Shown piece after piece: positions 1 through 13,199 of a stretch of 64,000 bases of DNA (positions are counted from its first letter, which is position 1; each line of letters opens with the position of its first letter). This DNA is from the human T2T-CHM13v2.0 reference genome, Homo sapiens. The position numbers and the translations under genes are program-made. The stretch lies in assembly GCF_009914755.1 (NCBI RefSeq), contig NC_060929.1, one strand, 5' to 3'. The notes below the pieces were generated by a model that worked only from the letters and a program-made list of their open reading frames with translations, had not been told where the DNA came from and did not search any database.

Positions 1-91
1 TATTTGCATGGTGTGGAGGAAAAATTGCTCCTTGGTACTCTGTTATTTATACATACTGTTTTTAGTTAAATAATTTTTTTTGTTGTTAAAG

Positions 92-166
92 GGTATATTT
101 GTAACAAGGGTACAACCTGAAGGACCAGCATCAAAATTACTGCAGCCAGGTGATAAAATTATTCAG
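92..166 (+). CDS. ERBIN: ERBIN penultimate coding exon (PDZ domain, [25 protein letters not shown])
   Basis: AG at 90-91 after a T-rich tract and GT at 167-168; 75 nt, phase 0; translation matches the Erbin PDZ as I recall it. Confidence 0.96.
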
Positions 167-260
167 GTAATTAAAATAAATCTTTTTTTTTTTCATTTTA
201 TAACACTCTAATGTTTTCACAGTTTAAAATGTTTTCACTTTAACTTTGAAAATTGTGGGT

Positions 261-386
261 GGGAGGCTGAGGCAGGAGAATGGCGTGAACCCGGGAGGCG
301 GCACTTGCAGCGAGCCGAGATCGCGCCACTGTACTCCAGCCTGGGCGACAGAGCGAGACTCTGTCTCAAAAAAAAAAAAAAAAAAA
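261..386 (+). mobile_element. 5'-truncated AluY (right arm only)
   Basis: AluY-type GGCGTGAACCCGGGAGGCG, retained CpGs, pure A tail. Confidence 0.9.
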
Positions 387-749
387 GTTTGATACATCAT
401 AGGATTTTGTTTAAGCTCAGGAATGTTAATTTTTACTAATTTGAGGGGGATTAGAGTACCACTTCTTGGATGTGGGCTATTGTCCTTTCAGAAATGGAGA
501 AGAAAAATTTTAAATCTGCGAAACTCATTTTTTCCTGTCCCCTCCTTTTCTTTGTTCATTCAGCTACTCATTTTACCTAAACACTTACAGTCTTAGAAGG
601 AAGACAAACCTAGGACACAAGTATAGCTCTCATTTTCTACCCCTACTGTCACCGTTCTTAGCTGAGAACTAAAGAACTTAAAAAATAATCCTCAAACCAA
701 AAAAAAAGGGAGAGAGAGACATTAATGTCTAATAGCTGAAAGTACAGAT

Positions 750-972
750 TCTGAAAGCCAGACTGCCTGAGTTTAAATTCTGGTCCCAACACTTTCTAAA
801 AATAAAACTAATTAAAAAAAATTTTTTTTGAATAATTTTAAGCTTAGAAAAAAGCCACAAAAATACTACAACAAACACCAGTATTACATCAATTGGTCAC
901 CAGTCGTTCATAATTTGCTACATTGTCTTTATCATTTATTCTCCTCTTTCTTCTCTTTTTCTCCCTCCCTCC

Positions 973-1016
<44 letters not shown>

Positions 1017-1250
1017 ACACACACACAGTCACACTCACTCATACAGTTATACACATTTATTTTTCTGAACCATTTGGGTTTCAATTTGTGACTGAGCAAG
1101 TTACTTTGCCTCTCCATGCCTGGGCTTTCTCTTCTCTAAAATAAGATAGTGAAAGAATCTTTTTTGAGCATTATGAGAATCAAAGGATCTAATTCATATT
1201 ACACCCTTAGAATTGTGTGTTTGGTACACAGTAGAACCTCAGTAAATATT
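750..1250 (+). mobile_element. MIR split by an old L1M 3' fragment (~820-1086) that carries a (CA)n
   Basis: MIR core CAGACTGCCTGAGTTTAAATTC (~760) resumes at TGTGACTGAGCAAGTTAC (~1087). Confidence 0.6.
977..1027 (+). repeat. (CA)n microsatellite
   Basis: direct observation. Confidence 0.97.
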
Positions 1251-1399
1251 AAGCTTAATTGTAAGAAATATGGTGGTCTTGATGTGATGGCTCCAAGACA
1301 ATGGGAAGAGTAGCCCTTGCCCCCTGCTACGCTACAGTTTGGTCACCTCAGATACACATTAGCATTATACGACACCATGTCTGACATTATTTCTTAAGT

Positions 1400-1578
1400 A
1401 AGTGATTTCTAACATTGGGCTGCTACATAAGAATTGGCTGAGAAGTTGGACAAAATACACATTTTTAGACCCCATCTTCAGAGACTTTATTCCTTGGTTT
1501 GGGTAGGGCCTGTGAATCTGTATGTTATTTTAAGTTGCCAAAGTGATTCTTATTTTCTTCCAAGTTTGTGAACTACTT
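1400..1578. mobile_element. MER5A/B-like hAT-Charlie MITE
   Basis: GTAGGGCCTGTGAATCTGTAT...AAGTTTGTGAACTACT resembles MER5. Confidence 0.6.
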
Positions 1579-1639
1579 GGCAGAAATGCAAATAAATAAC
1601 TATAAAATGTTTTTCCTAAAAGCATTTTTCCTCTTCTAG

Positions 1640-1747
1640 GCTAATGGCTACAGTTTTATAAATATTGAACATGGACAAGCAGTGTCCTTGCTAAAAACTT
1701 TCCAGAATACAGTTGAACTCATCATTGTACGAGAAGTTTCCTCATAA
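1640..1747 (+). CDS. ERBIN: ERBIN last coding exon ([35 protein letters not shown])
   Basis: polypyrimidine tract then TAG acceptor at 1637-1639; in frame with the previous exon; TAA at 1745-1747; Erbin C-terminus. Confidence 0.96.
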   Translation, partial: ANGYSFINIEHGQAVSLLKTFQNTVELIIVREVSS

Positions 1748-4191
1748 GCACTGTGGACAAAAAAAGCGGGGAAGACAGCAAGATTTATTGGAAGATACTT
1801 ACAGGGGAAATTAATATTTTGACTATTTTTATATATAAAGAAGAACTCAAAAAATTATGTTCAAATTTGTACATTAATGAAATAATGGAACTTGTGGTTA
1901 GAGGGAAAGAACCACTGTACAGAATATAAAGGAGACTGTTGAATTCATACCATATAAAACTTGTTAGGTTTTTAAACATAGCAATCAAGGCTACAAAAAC
2001 AAACCTGTGTTGTTTTTGTATAGATTGTAGGTTTATTTTTGGATTTCATATACATGACTGAACTGTGTGCAAGGCAATAGTTAGCCTTGATTTTAGCCCA
2101 GAGACAGATGGCAGAGCTATCTCTCTCATAGCTTTTATGCCCTTATTTTTATTCAACTGGTATTAATGTTTTTCTCCTGAAACTACTTTTTTTGATGTGG
2201 GCAAGAGATTTGAAGTGTTGGCTTTTGCTATGTGCATATTGAATTGAAGAGTGAGTAGGTGAAGGTGGTGCTGGTGGGTTCACTTTCCAAGGCCAGACTA
2301 AAACAGTTATTTTCTATAAAAATCTGGAAGCAAAGAATGGGGATGGGGAGAGCTACGTGGTAGTATGTTTTTATTAGGAGAATAATGCAATAAAATATGT
2401 AATGTCTTTTTTATAAAGCAAAAAAGACAATAATTGCATTTATGAGCTCGGCAGGATCTGTTCTTGTCATAGCCATTGACTATACATTTGCTACTGGTGA
2501 TTCAGTTTTTAATTTTTTAGTCACAGGAAATTTTTAACTCTACTGTAGATGCATGTCCATGCATTTTCTGTGTTATGGAAATCCACTGATTTTTTTTTTT
2601 TTTTCAAATGGTGGTACTTGCAATCTGTTTTATAATTAGTGCTCCATTTAAATCTAATTTATAATTTTTATTTTAAGCAGCAAATGAAACAAAAATGGCC
2701 AGTTTTAAGATTGTGTTGCCTGTAACACAAAATGTTACGAAGGTTTAGGAAAGCCTCTTTGATTTTTGTTTGGCCTTGCATTGCCTTGGTAAAGTAAAAG
2801 GAAACAGTACACTTGGAGCTAGGAAACCAAAGCAAGCTTTGTGAAACTGGCACAGTGATAGAGAATTGCTGTGGAGAGTTATAGAGCAAAGGGATGGGTC
2901 CTTGAGGCCTGCCAGTGTGTAAAGGTGTTCAAATAAAGGGCTGTTTCTACAGGTAACATTAAATGTGAACTCAACACTTCCAGAGTCTTTAAAGGGTTTC
3001 TATGTGTATCAGTGTAATAGTGTTTTACCACCAACTGCCTTTCTTTGTTCCTAGTTACTGTAACAAATATTTGATGATAGAGGTTTATTAATTTTGTTTA
3101 TCCAGACCATTAATTTTATTTGTTTTTGTTCTATGTAATCAAATAAAATTTGAGTAACATGTAATGGTAAGGATTAATGCATGGTTATTTGGACCAGAAA
3201 AAAGTGCCATAGAAGACCAATAACTGTTTAGTTGAGGCTAGTCTGGAACCTTTCATTAGAGCAATATTTGGTTATTGCACTTCATTTTTATTTACTAAGA
3301 AATGCAATTTGGGAATTTTTAATCTGTTATGCTTTGTTTATCAACCTTGATTTTAATTAAGACTTTTATAAGACTAGCTTAAAACACCAACCAACATTAT
3401 TTTTGCAAAAGTGAGTTGGACTCACTTTCCATTCTTGCTAGTCAGAGTAAGCAGCACTTTTAAAAATATGTGAACTCAAATATTGCACTTCTTTCAAGAT
3501 GTTATCAATTGGTTATTGTACTGTATAGTTTTAATAATTTTGATTGAAACCCTTTAACAACTCTTTGTAAATTTTAACTCATTTTAGTTGATTTTCAGTA
3601 CTATTTACATAGGAATTGATTTTTATGGATATAGTAGAAGAAATGTGCTGTATTTTGATAAAATTCACTTATTGTATGTGTGTTGTAATCTAAAAAAAAA
3701 AAGAATGACAAACAGCTTCTTTAAGACAAGTCTCGGTGTTCCCTTTATTCTTAGTTTGTTTTTAAATATTAATTTTGGCATTCTAAAATAGCTAACATTT
3801 CTTTTATTGATTTCAGATTTTCACAGGCACATTCTACTTTTAATCAGAAATATATTTAATAAGTATAATTGTGAAGTTTTCAACTACTTTACCTTGAACC
3901 ACATATACCAATTATAATTTTGGAAAAGGAATTAAGCCTCACGGAACAATGGATCTTCAGCAAACCTTAACTTCATTGTCTGCACATTACATTGAAGTAT
4001 TATAAATGCAACAGATGTTATATGCACTGGCATTTTATCCTACTCTAGTTAGTTAAAATTTTATAGTATTCTTGCAACACATAAAGTTGCGTAAGAAACT
4101 TTACCAAGAGGAGTATTATAGCCAAGTTTTCTTTGAAAGTATTGGAAAACTAAAATTAAATGACAAGGACTTTGAATTAGAATTTTGCTGT

Positions 4192-4216
4192 AATAAAGTT
4201 TCAAAATTTGAATAAA
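4192..4216 (+). terminator. tandem polyadenylation signals (AATAAA x2)
   Basis: AATAAA at 4192-4197 and 4211-4216, with TGTA immediately upstream and a T-rich run downstream. Confidence 0.7.
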
Positions 4217-5735
4217 ATAATTAAATTTTTTGAGGAAGTGGAGAAGACATTTTTAGTTTATATATTGTTGAGTAAATTGTAGTTAAGGCCTATACCCATA
4301 ACTAACTTTAGTAAGTATTATATAGCAATTCATCAAAACCACAACTGTCTTTTAGTGATTTTGTCTTTAAGAGTAATTTCTTACTCTAACCAGTAAAAAA
4401 ATAATACTGATCAGAGTAATTTATACGGCATACAATAGTTGATACAATCTAAAGATTTATGCTAATTAAGGAATTATCACTTCATCTGAATCAATGAAAT
4501 TCTAAAATTCCCTACATATTTATTTTGTAAATATTCTTCTGACCTCTTTGGACTGGATATGAAGATATATATATATACACTTAATTCTTTTAAACACAAA
4601 ACTTGCCATAAGCAGAACCAAACTTTTAAGTATTAATTTGCTGCACTTAAAAAATCCCATTAGCAGCTATGTAATATTTTTATCAACCAACATTTATTCA
4701 TTCCAAATTTTTGTATATATCTAGATGAAGTAACACATAGAGGATAGATAACAAACTAATGATGTTTAAACTGGTTTATTTACAAAATTCGGGGTTAGAG
4801 AAATTCTCATGAAAAATATACAATTTTTTTTTAGCATTAAAACCCTGTATATCTAGGTGTGGAAGAAGTGTAGTTTATCTCAAATTATTATTATTTACTT
4901 CTAAAGGGAGGCATTAAGATGGGAAATGTTTCTCTGATGGAGATTGACGTGTGAAATCTATTTGGAAGGGTATTTTTTTCACTCAGTCTGTTGCATTCTT
5001 ACAGCCTTCTGTTTTAATGTTCAGTGAATAGGTTTCTTATGAAATGGACATTGAAATAAAAATTATGATTCAAGAGCATTAATTGATGAACAAGTGAACA
5101 AGATGCCTCTTTAAAAAAAAAAAAGAAAAAGTAATCTAGACAGGCAGCCAACTCAGACCTTTGGGTATTCCTTTGTTTCTAAATAAGGACCTTCAGAAAA
5201 AGTTGACCATATTCTACCTAAAGCTGCTAATTCTTTACAGAATTCATAAGCCCAGGGGATAGTAAGTAGTCATTTAGTTTTGGAAAGTTCTTAAGAGAAT
5301 GCTATCTTCTACAGTCTCATGAAGCAGTTTTTCAAGATTAGAATCTGTGGTCAGCTATAACGTACAGTCCTAATATCCAACCACCTGAGAAGCTCATCCT
5401 AAGCTGAGAAAGCCTAAAATGTTAGAGAATGTTTAGAGAAAACACCTGAAATTTTTTTTAAGAGAACAACCTAGGTTTTATTGTAGAGAACAATCAAAAT
5501 ACTCCTGAACCTTTCTATAGAATCTTTAGGAGAGAGGCTGACAAAAAGAATCCTTCTGTTACAACTTTCTTTTCTAATGTAACAACCAGGGACAATGGTG
5601 ATCTGTCACGCATCTGCCCATCTAGCTTCTCAATCGGCCCACGGTTTTATTTCAGGATAAAATTTGAGAAACTAGTATCACTGGGGAAGGAAGAAACCTA
5701 AGCTGTAAAATTATGCTTTTCCCCTCAAGGGATTC

Positions 5736-5741
5736 AATAAA
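5736..5741 (+). terminator. distal polyadenylation signal
   Basis: AATAAA with upstream TGTA (5704) and downstream T/GT-rich sequence, near the end of the repeat-free block. Confidence 0.6.
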
Positions 5742-6191
5742 GCTTATTTTTCATGAAAACAAGCCTATAAATACTGACTTTCCTTAAACCTAATCAAATT
5801 GTGTTCCTCCAAGGTATAGCTTTAGAAGGATCTTCTTTCAGTTGCTCTTTCAAACTTTTCCTTGTTAGAAAAGAAAAACTAATACAAATTGTTAAAAAAT
5901 TAAAGCATGAGCAGAGAGCATGGATTTTAGATGATTTTAAGTTTCCTCATCTTCATGAAAAGAAGAACCTAATACTCTGAGAAGTAATGCCTGTCCAGAA
6001 TGCACACTAAACATCTCATATTTGGATCATCCTTCACTGCAGCATCCCTCAAAGGAACATTCATTCTCCCAAGAACAAGAGGAATTGTTTGCAGATAAAT
6101 TATTCAAGGTAGCAAAATGGAGCATGCTTCAATCTCCTCATCCTGTCCACATACCTACAAAGGACAGAAAAGATTATTAATACTATGATAG

Positions 6192-6567
<376 letters not shown>

Positions 6568-6899
6568 CATAATTTTTGAGAAATTCTTTAAAGGCTAGTG
6601 CCAGAGAATTCTACCATGAGATGTGTATTTTGCTTCAGATGCCTCAGAAGACAATATAAAGGACCAAGAATGATGGTGATACTGCATCATAAGGAATTGA
6701 TTTAGTTCAACCACCTTTTATATGCCAAGCTGTGTGCAGAAAGGACATCTGGTTCAAAGCAGGAGCAATGAGTGCGGATACCTAGATTAAGAAGGAAAAC
6801 CAGTATAGCCCTTTTGAGCTAGCATGATCTGACCATTGGCATGTTCCTTTTGCCCACCGTGAGTGCAGATAGTGACACCATGAGAATCACCAAACAGAA

Positions 6900-8000
6900 G
6901 TACCAGTGTCTAAAGAAATCAATATGTAAAATGATATCTTCTGAGGGATAAAGGATATTGAGTTTAGAAAACAAGCTGTTAATGAAAGGATTTAGATGTC
7001 TTTATAATGTAAAATAGAACTGTCAAAAGTAAATTCAACAGCTGGGCTGGAGAGTAGTAAGGAGACATCCAAGGGCAAATTAAAAAGCTCTTTGGGTTTA
7101 GATTGCATAGAAAGTAATGCAAATGAACTAAGAAATAATGTGAAAAGAGACATGGAAGAGAAGTCCTCATGTTCCAACGTGAATCCTTCAAAGGAAACAA
7201 TGAAGGGGAAAAAATAAGCTTTCCTAGAGCTGAAGCACAGCATAGGTTCTCAGACTGAATGAGTCCATTTAGTACCAAGCAAAACTATAAACATACACTT
7301 CTAGATACATCTTCATGAAATTTTAGAGTAGGTGTAAACATCACTGGCGAGGCATGGTGGCTCACACCTGTAATCCCACATTTTGGGAGGCCAAAGTGGA
7401 CTGATCGCTTGAGTCCAGGAGTTCAAGACCAGCTTGGGCAACAGGGTGAAACCCTGTTTCTAGAAAAAATACAAAAATTAGCTAGGTGTGGTGGTGCATG
7501 CCTGTAGTTCCAGCTACTTGGGAGGGTAATATGGGAGGATCACTCGTGCCAGGAGACGGAGGTTGCAGTGAGCCGAGATTGTGCCACTGCAGTCCAGCCT
7601 AGGCAACAAAGTGAGGCTCTGCCTCAAAAAAAAAAAAAAAAAAAGAACATCTTAAAAGGTTCCAAAATGTAAAGGAAATGATTACAAAGTGAACAGGATG
7701 AGATTGACATTGGAACTTTCACCAGTGATTTGGATACAAGAAGACAGTAAAGCAATACATCCAAAATTTGAAAGTTATTCAAGTTGGAGGGCAAAATAAT
7801 GACACTTTCAGGAATTCAGGGATTCAAAACTTACCTCCCCATAAGAAGTACCAGGGAATACTCCAATGAAATGAAAAATAAATCTTAAAAGTAGATCTGA
7901 AATCTAAGAAATAATATTGACCAAAACCATGTAGTGGAGCAGAAATAAGTGCAATTAGCGGTGATGGTAAAATAAGAATGGAAGTAAAATACTAGATGGT
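6900..8000 (+). mobile_element. degraded L1M ORF1-region remnant
   Basis: A-rich, ORF1-like motifs, interrupted by an Alu. Confidence 0.45.
7346..7644 (+). mobile_element. AluJ/S
   Basis: dimeric Alu with A tail. Confidence 0.92.
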
Positions 8001-8033
8001 TTCTGCAAGTGAGACAAGAATCCAACTTAAAAA

Positions 8034-8159
8034 TTTATTTTTATAGAGACAGAATATCACTATATTGCCCAGGTTGGTTTCGAACTCCTAGCCTCAAACA
8101 ATCCTCTCACTTTTCTCCCAAAGTGCTGGGATTACAGGTGTGAGCCACTATGCCCAGTC
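8034..8159 (-). mobile_element. FLAM/Alu monomer
   Basis: left-arm-like monomer. Confidence 0.85.
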
Positions 8160-8170
8160 AAATAAATGGC

Positions 8171-8478
<308 letters not shown>

Positions 8479-8639
8479 ATAAATAACTTTTTCTAAAAGA
8501 AACTATAGATTGGTTAATTTTAAGTGCTTATAGAAAAATCTAAGTTGGAATTCTTGGGTGAATAGTAACTACAGAAACAATAAATATTTAGTGTTACATA
8601 TGTTTTGTTTATATAAATAAATACAGTTTGACTCTACTG

Positions 8640-10000
8640 CATCTTATCTATCTTTCTAGTGATGGACACCTGTGATACTGCCAATTTCTCCACTTCACTG
8701 CTGCCATAGACAATGTAGTGGTAAGTATCCTAATTCATGTCATGTTATGGACCTGTGCAAAAATTTCTCTAGCATATATACCTAGGAATATAGTTGCTAA
8801 GTCACAGGGCTATTTAATTTCAGTAAATTCTGCTAAATTACTTTCTTAAAAATCTATACTAGTTTATATTCTCACTAGCTAGATGTGAAGATTCTCATTT
8901 CCTCACATATTTGCAAACAATATTATGTGACTTTCTAACTTTGACATATTTGGTAGCTATAACATTTTATTTTGGTATTGGTTTAAATTCCATTTTTCTG
9001 ATTACTGGGGTATTTGACAACTACCCAGCTGTTAAGGTTTACAATTCTGTAAATTTCCTATTCTTTTTGCCCATTTGTCTCCTTTTTTTCCCATTTTCTG
9101 TAAAGACTAATTGGTAGCAGTTTTTTGTCTATTTTCTTTTCTTTCTTTCTTTTTTTTTTTTTTTCTTTGAGATGGAGTCTTACTCTGTCACCCAGGCTGG
9201 AGTACAGTACGGTGGTGTGATCTTAGATCACTGCAACCCCCACCTCTCGGGTTCAAGCAATTCTCCTGCCTCAACCTCCCAACTAGCTAGGCTTACAGGC
9301 ACTCATCACCACTCCCAACTAATTTTTGTATTTTTAGTAGAGATGGGGTTTCACCGTGTTGGCCATGCTGGTCTTTAACTCCTGACCTCAGGTGATCTGC
9401 CCGCCTCGGCTTTCCAAAGTGCTGGGAGTACAGGCATGAGCCACTGTGCCTGGCCAGTTTATTGTCTATTTCAGTTATTACACTTGTCATTTGAAACATT
9501 CCAAGTATCTTCTCCCAGTCCATGGCCTGTTTCTCTTTCTCTTTGTTTATGGTATCTCTTGTTTGTTTGTTTAGAAAAAAAGATTAACATGGATAAGGAC
9601 AAATCTATCATTTACGCTTCATGATTCTTAATTAAAAAAGTTTTCTTCATTCCTGAGTCACAAAGGTTCAAAGGCTTTCTCCCACATTTACTTCTATTAA
9701 TTACTTAGATTTACTTAACATTTAGATCTTTTCTTCTTGAGTCTACCACTGAATATGATGTAAGGTAGAGATCTAGCTCCAAGTTTTCTCTTCTGATGGC
9801 TACTTTTTCCTATTAATCCGATGCAAACTTTATTGTATATCAATACAGTTGCATACCTGTGTATACGCAGGACTGTTTCTGAGCCCCCTATTATGTCCTT
9901 TGGTCTGTTTTTCTGTCCATGCCTCTGTGTCGTGTTTTCTTTTTCAGCAAAGTTTTAAGTTTTATAATGACCACTCATCATCTACATTCTTCTATCAACA
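8640..10000 (-). mobile_element. old L1M ORF2/3' remnant
   Basis: T-rich antisense L1-like motifs. Confidence 0.5.
9132..9455 (-). mobile_element. AluSx
   Basis: full-length antisense Alu, TSD around TTGTCTATTT. Confidence 0.92.
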
Positions 10001-10159
10001 TTTTTCTATATTTGCTTTTATGTACCATGTTATTTTTATAACTAAAACTTTGTATCTATCTTAATATCTTATTAGCAGTGATCCTCAATCTTCACTATAT
10101 ATGAGAGTCAATTAGAGGGTTGGGGGGTCCCCACCCATATGGCTTTTAATTAACTAAGT

Positions 10160-10245
10160 ATGAGTTGGAACCCAAGAATTTACATTTCTAGCAAGTTCTC
10201 AGGTAATGCTGATGCTTATGGTTTGAGGATAACAGAGAATCACCA
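10160..10245. mobile_element. MER5A fragment
   Basis: CCCAAGAATTTACATTTCTAGCAAGTTCTCAGGTAATGCTGATGC. Confidence 0.6.
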
Positions 10246-10319
10246 TCTTATAGGATGAGTCTTCTTAGCTCCTGGTTTTTCCATATACATTTCAGAGTAA
10301 GTTTTTTGGCATTTATTTT

Positions 10320-12880
10320 CTGGCCATGATGGATTTACCCTAACTCCTGAAATGAATAAAAACAGACAAAATATTTGAAACAATGATTTTCAAAATACTG
10401 GACATCAAGAAATGAAGGACCGTGGTCCCTGAAGGATGGAGAAAAAAAAGAGGTGAGCACTATGATTATCCCCAGATTACTACCTTGATAGAATTTCCAG
10501 GCCATGGAGCAGGAAGGGAGAACCCTGCAGAGCCTGGCACACTCCTTATGTTGAGGAAGTGGAACTAAGAGTTCAGAGAAACCAACGAAGGTACAGTTGA
10601 CAAGGCAGAATAATGGAGAGAACAGGGCTGCACACAGAGAACCCCAAAGAACTGCATAGAGTTGCCTTTGTAAATTCACCCAAGTACTGCAGCACATTGT
10701 GTGAGTAAAGTGCCTAAGGCTAGGGAAAGAACTACCTGAAAGGATTAGAAGTAACAGTAACCTGCACTTGCAGTTAACAGTGCCCTGTGCCCACACACAA
10801 TGGGTAATAATACCTATTCCTATCAGCAAGACTGGAAAACCTCATGATTCACAAGCATAGGGTAGAGTACACAAAATGATCTTGCATCAGTGGTGGGGAA
10901 TAATTAACCCTTGATTAATATCTGCTTCAGTCCCATCTAATACATCTTAAAGGCAAGACCTGGAAGGATTACACTGTTTTCTTGTAATATAACTGTAAAC
11001 CAGAATGAATCTCAAGAATACTTATAGGCATACAATAATGCCCAGAACCCACAACATAAAATTCACAATATCTGCCATCCAACAAAAAATTACCAAATAT
11101 GCAAAGAAGCAGAAAAATATGACCCATAATGAGATAAATAGATCAAAACTGACCTCAAAGCTGACACAAATGTTAGAATTCAGATAATGGCATTAATATG
11201 GTTATAACTATATTCCAGATAATCATAAAGCTAAGAGACATGAAAGTTTTTTAAATGCAAATTAAATTTTTAGAAATGAAAACTACACTTGTAGAAGTGA
11301 ATTCTACACTAGAAATGTGTGAGGTATGTAATACAATGAATAAGATTAACAGCAGATCACACAATGCAGAACAAAATATTACTAAATTTGAAGACAAAAT
11401 AATAGGAACTCCAAAATGAAGCTTAGAGATTTTTAAAGAATTTTTAAAAATGAACAATAACTATAAATTATGGGTCAATTTCACTAATATATGTGTAATT
11501 ACAGTTTCTGAAGGAGAGAAGAGGGGCCAGAAAGAAAAATAATAACTGAATATTTTCCAAATTTGATAAAAATTAAAAACACACAGGCCCAACAAACTCA
11601 ACAAACGCTAAGCACAAGAAACATGTAGGAAACTATACCAAGGAGTATTATAATCAAATTACTCAAAACCAGTGATAAGGTGAAAACCTTAAAAGCAGCC
11701 AGAGGAAAAAGGACATGCAAGAAGAATAAAGACAAAGGTAATGGCAGACTTTTTGCCTGAAAGAATGCAAGTGAGAAGACAATATATTAACATCTTTAAA
11801 CTAATGAAAGAAGAAAACTGTCAACCTAGAATTCTGTATGTACCAAAGACTATCTTTGAAAAAATAAAGAGAAAAAAAATTTTTTATGACATAAAAACTT
11901 GAAGAATTTATTACCATCAAGCTTACACTATAAGAAATATTAAAGGAAGTACTTTATGCAGAAAGAAAATGATATTAGATTGAAATCTGGATTTACACAA
12001 AGGAATGAAGAGCACCAGAATTGGTAATTACATGGGTAAACATTTTAAAAATTTTTTATTATTTAAATGTCTTCAATATATTACAAAGGTAATAGCAGAT
12101 TTCTTGCCTGAAAGAATGCAAGTAAGAAGACAATATATTAACATCTTTAAACTAATGAAAGAAGAACACTGTCAACCTAGAATTCTGTATGTACCAAAGA
12201 CTATCTTTGAAAAAATAAAGAGAAAAAAAATTTTTTATGACATAAAAAAACTTGAAGAATTTATCACCATCAAGCTCACACTATAAGAAATGTTAAAGGA
12301 AGTACTTTAGGCAGAAAGAAAATGATACTAGATTGAAATCTGGATTTACACAAAGGAATGAAGAGCACCAGAACTGGTAATTACATGGGTAAATATTTTT
12401 AAAATTTTTCATTATTTAAATATCTTCAAATCTTACCTGTTAGAACAAAAGTAACAATCAATGTAGGGTGGGATCTATAACATATGTAAATGTAAAATGA
12501 CAGCAATAATACAAAGGTCAGGAGGGGAGAGATGTAAGTATATTATAAGGTTCTTACATGTGAAGTACTGCATCATTCAAAGGTAAACTGTGGTAAGTTA
12601 AACATACATACTGTAAACCATAAAAAACCACTAAAATAACAAAATCCAAAGAGTTATAGCTAATAATGTAACAAAGGAGATAAAATGAAATCATAAAATA
12701 ATCCAAAAGAGGGCATATAGAGAGGAAAAAGTGAAGACAGCGACAATAGGGACAAAGGGATAACAAATAGTAAGATGGTAGATTTAAGCTTAACCATATC
12801 AAAAGTTGTATTAAATATAAATGGTCTAAAGATTTCAATTAAAAGGCAGTGACATCAGATAGACTTTCAACAAAGCAAGA
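10320..12880 (+). mobile_element. old L1M 5' region, ORF1 remnant and start of ORF2
   Basis: ORF1 C-terminal motif CQPRILY (ORF 12005-12286); TTAAATATAAATGGTCTAAA of the ORF2 start near 12810. Confidence 0.75.
11732..12429 (+). repeat. 351-bp tandem duplication within L1 ORF1
   Basis: copies 11732-12076 and 12083-12429, about 95% identical by eye. Confidence 0.95.
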
Positions 12881-13135
12881 GGCCAGGTGCGCTGGCTCAT
12901 GCCTGTAATCCCAGCTCTGTGGGAGGTCAAGGCAGGTGAATCACTTGAGGCTCAGAGTTCAAAACCAGCCTGGCCAACAGGGTGGAACCCCACCTCTACT
13001 AAAAATACAAAAATTAGCTAGGTGTAGTCTCAGCTACTTGGGAGGCTGAGGCATGAGAATCGCTTGAACCTGGGAGGCAGTAAGCCAAAATTGTGCCTCT
13101 GAACTCCAGCCTGGGTGACAGAGTAAGACTCTGTC

Positions 13136-13166
<31 letters not shown>

Positions 13167-13172
13167 GAGAAG
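12881..13172 (+). mobile_element. AluS/J with two small internal deletions
   Basis: Alu consensus with gaps at ~13025 and ~13080. Confidence 0.9.
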
Positions 13173-13199
13173 AAGCTAATTGAATCTAGCTCCAAGCCC

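Larger units (their letters stand above)
1748..5763 (+). other. ERBIN: ERBIN 3'UTR (short form ending ~4230, long form ending ~5760)
   Basis: repeat-free AT-rich sequence after the stop; AATAAA at 2389, 2932, 3142, 4192, 4211 and 5736; end positions are inferred. Confidence 0.75.

Noticed and set aside
175-180. AATAAA just inside the last intron
   Set aside because: It sits next to the splice donor in AT-rich sequence; no evidence of use.
828-1144. ORFs with HTHTHT/CVCVCV runs
   Set aside because: Translations of the (CA)n microsatellite in an intron.
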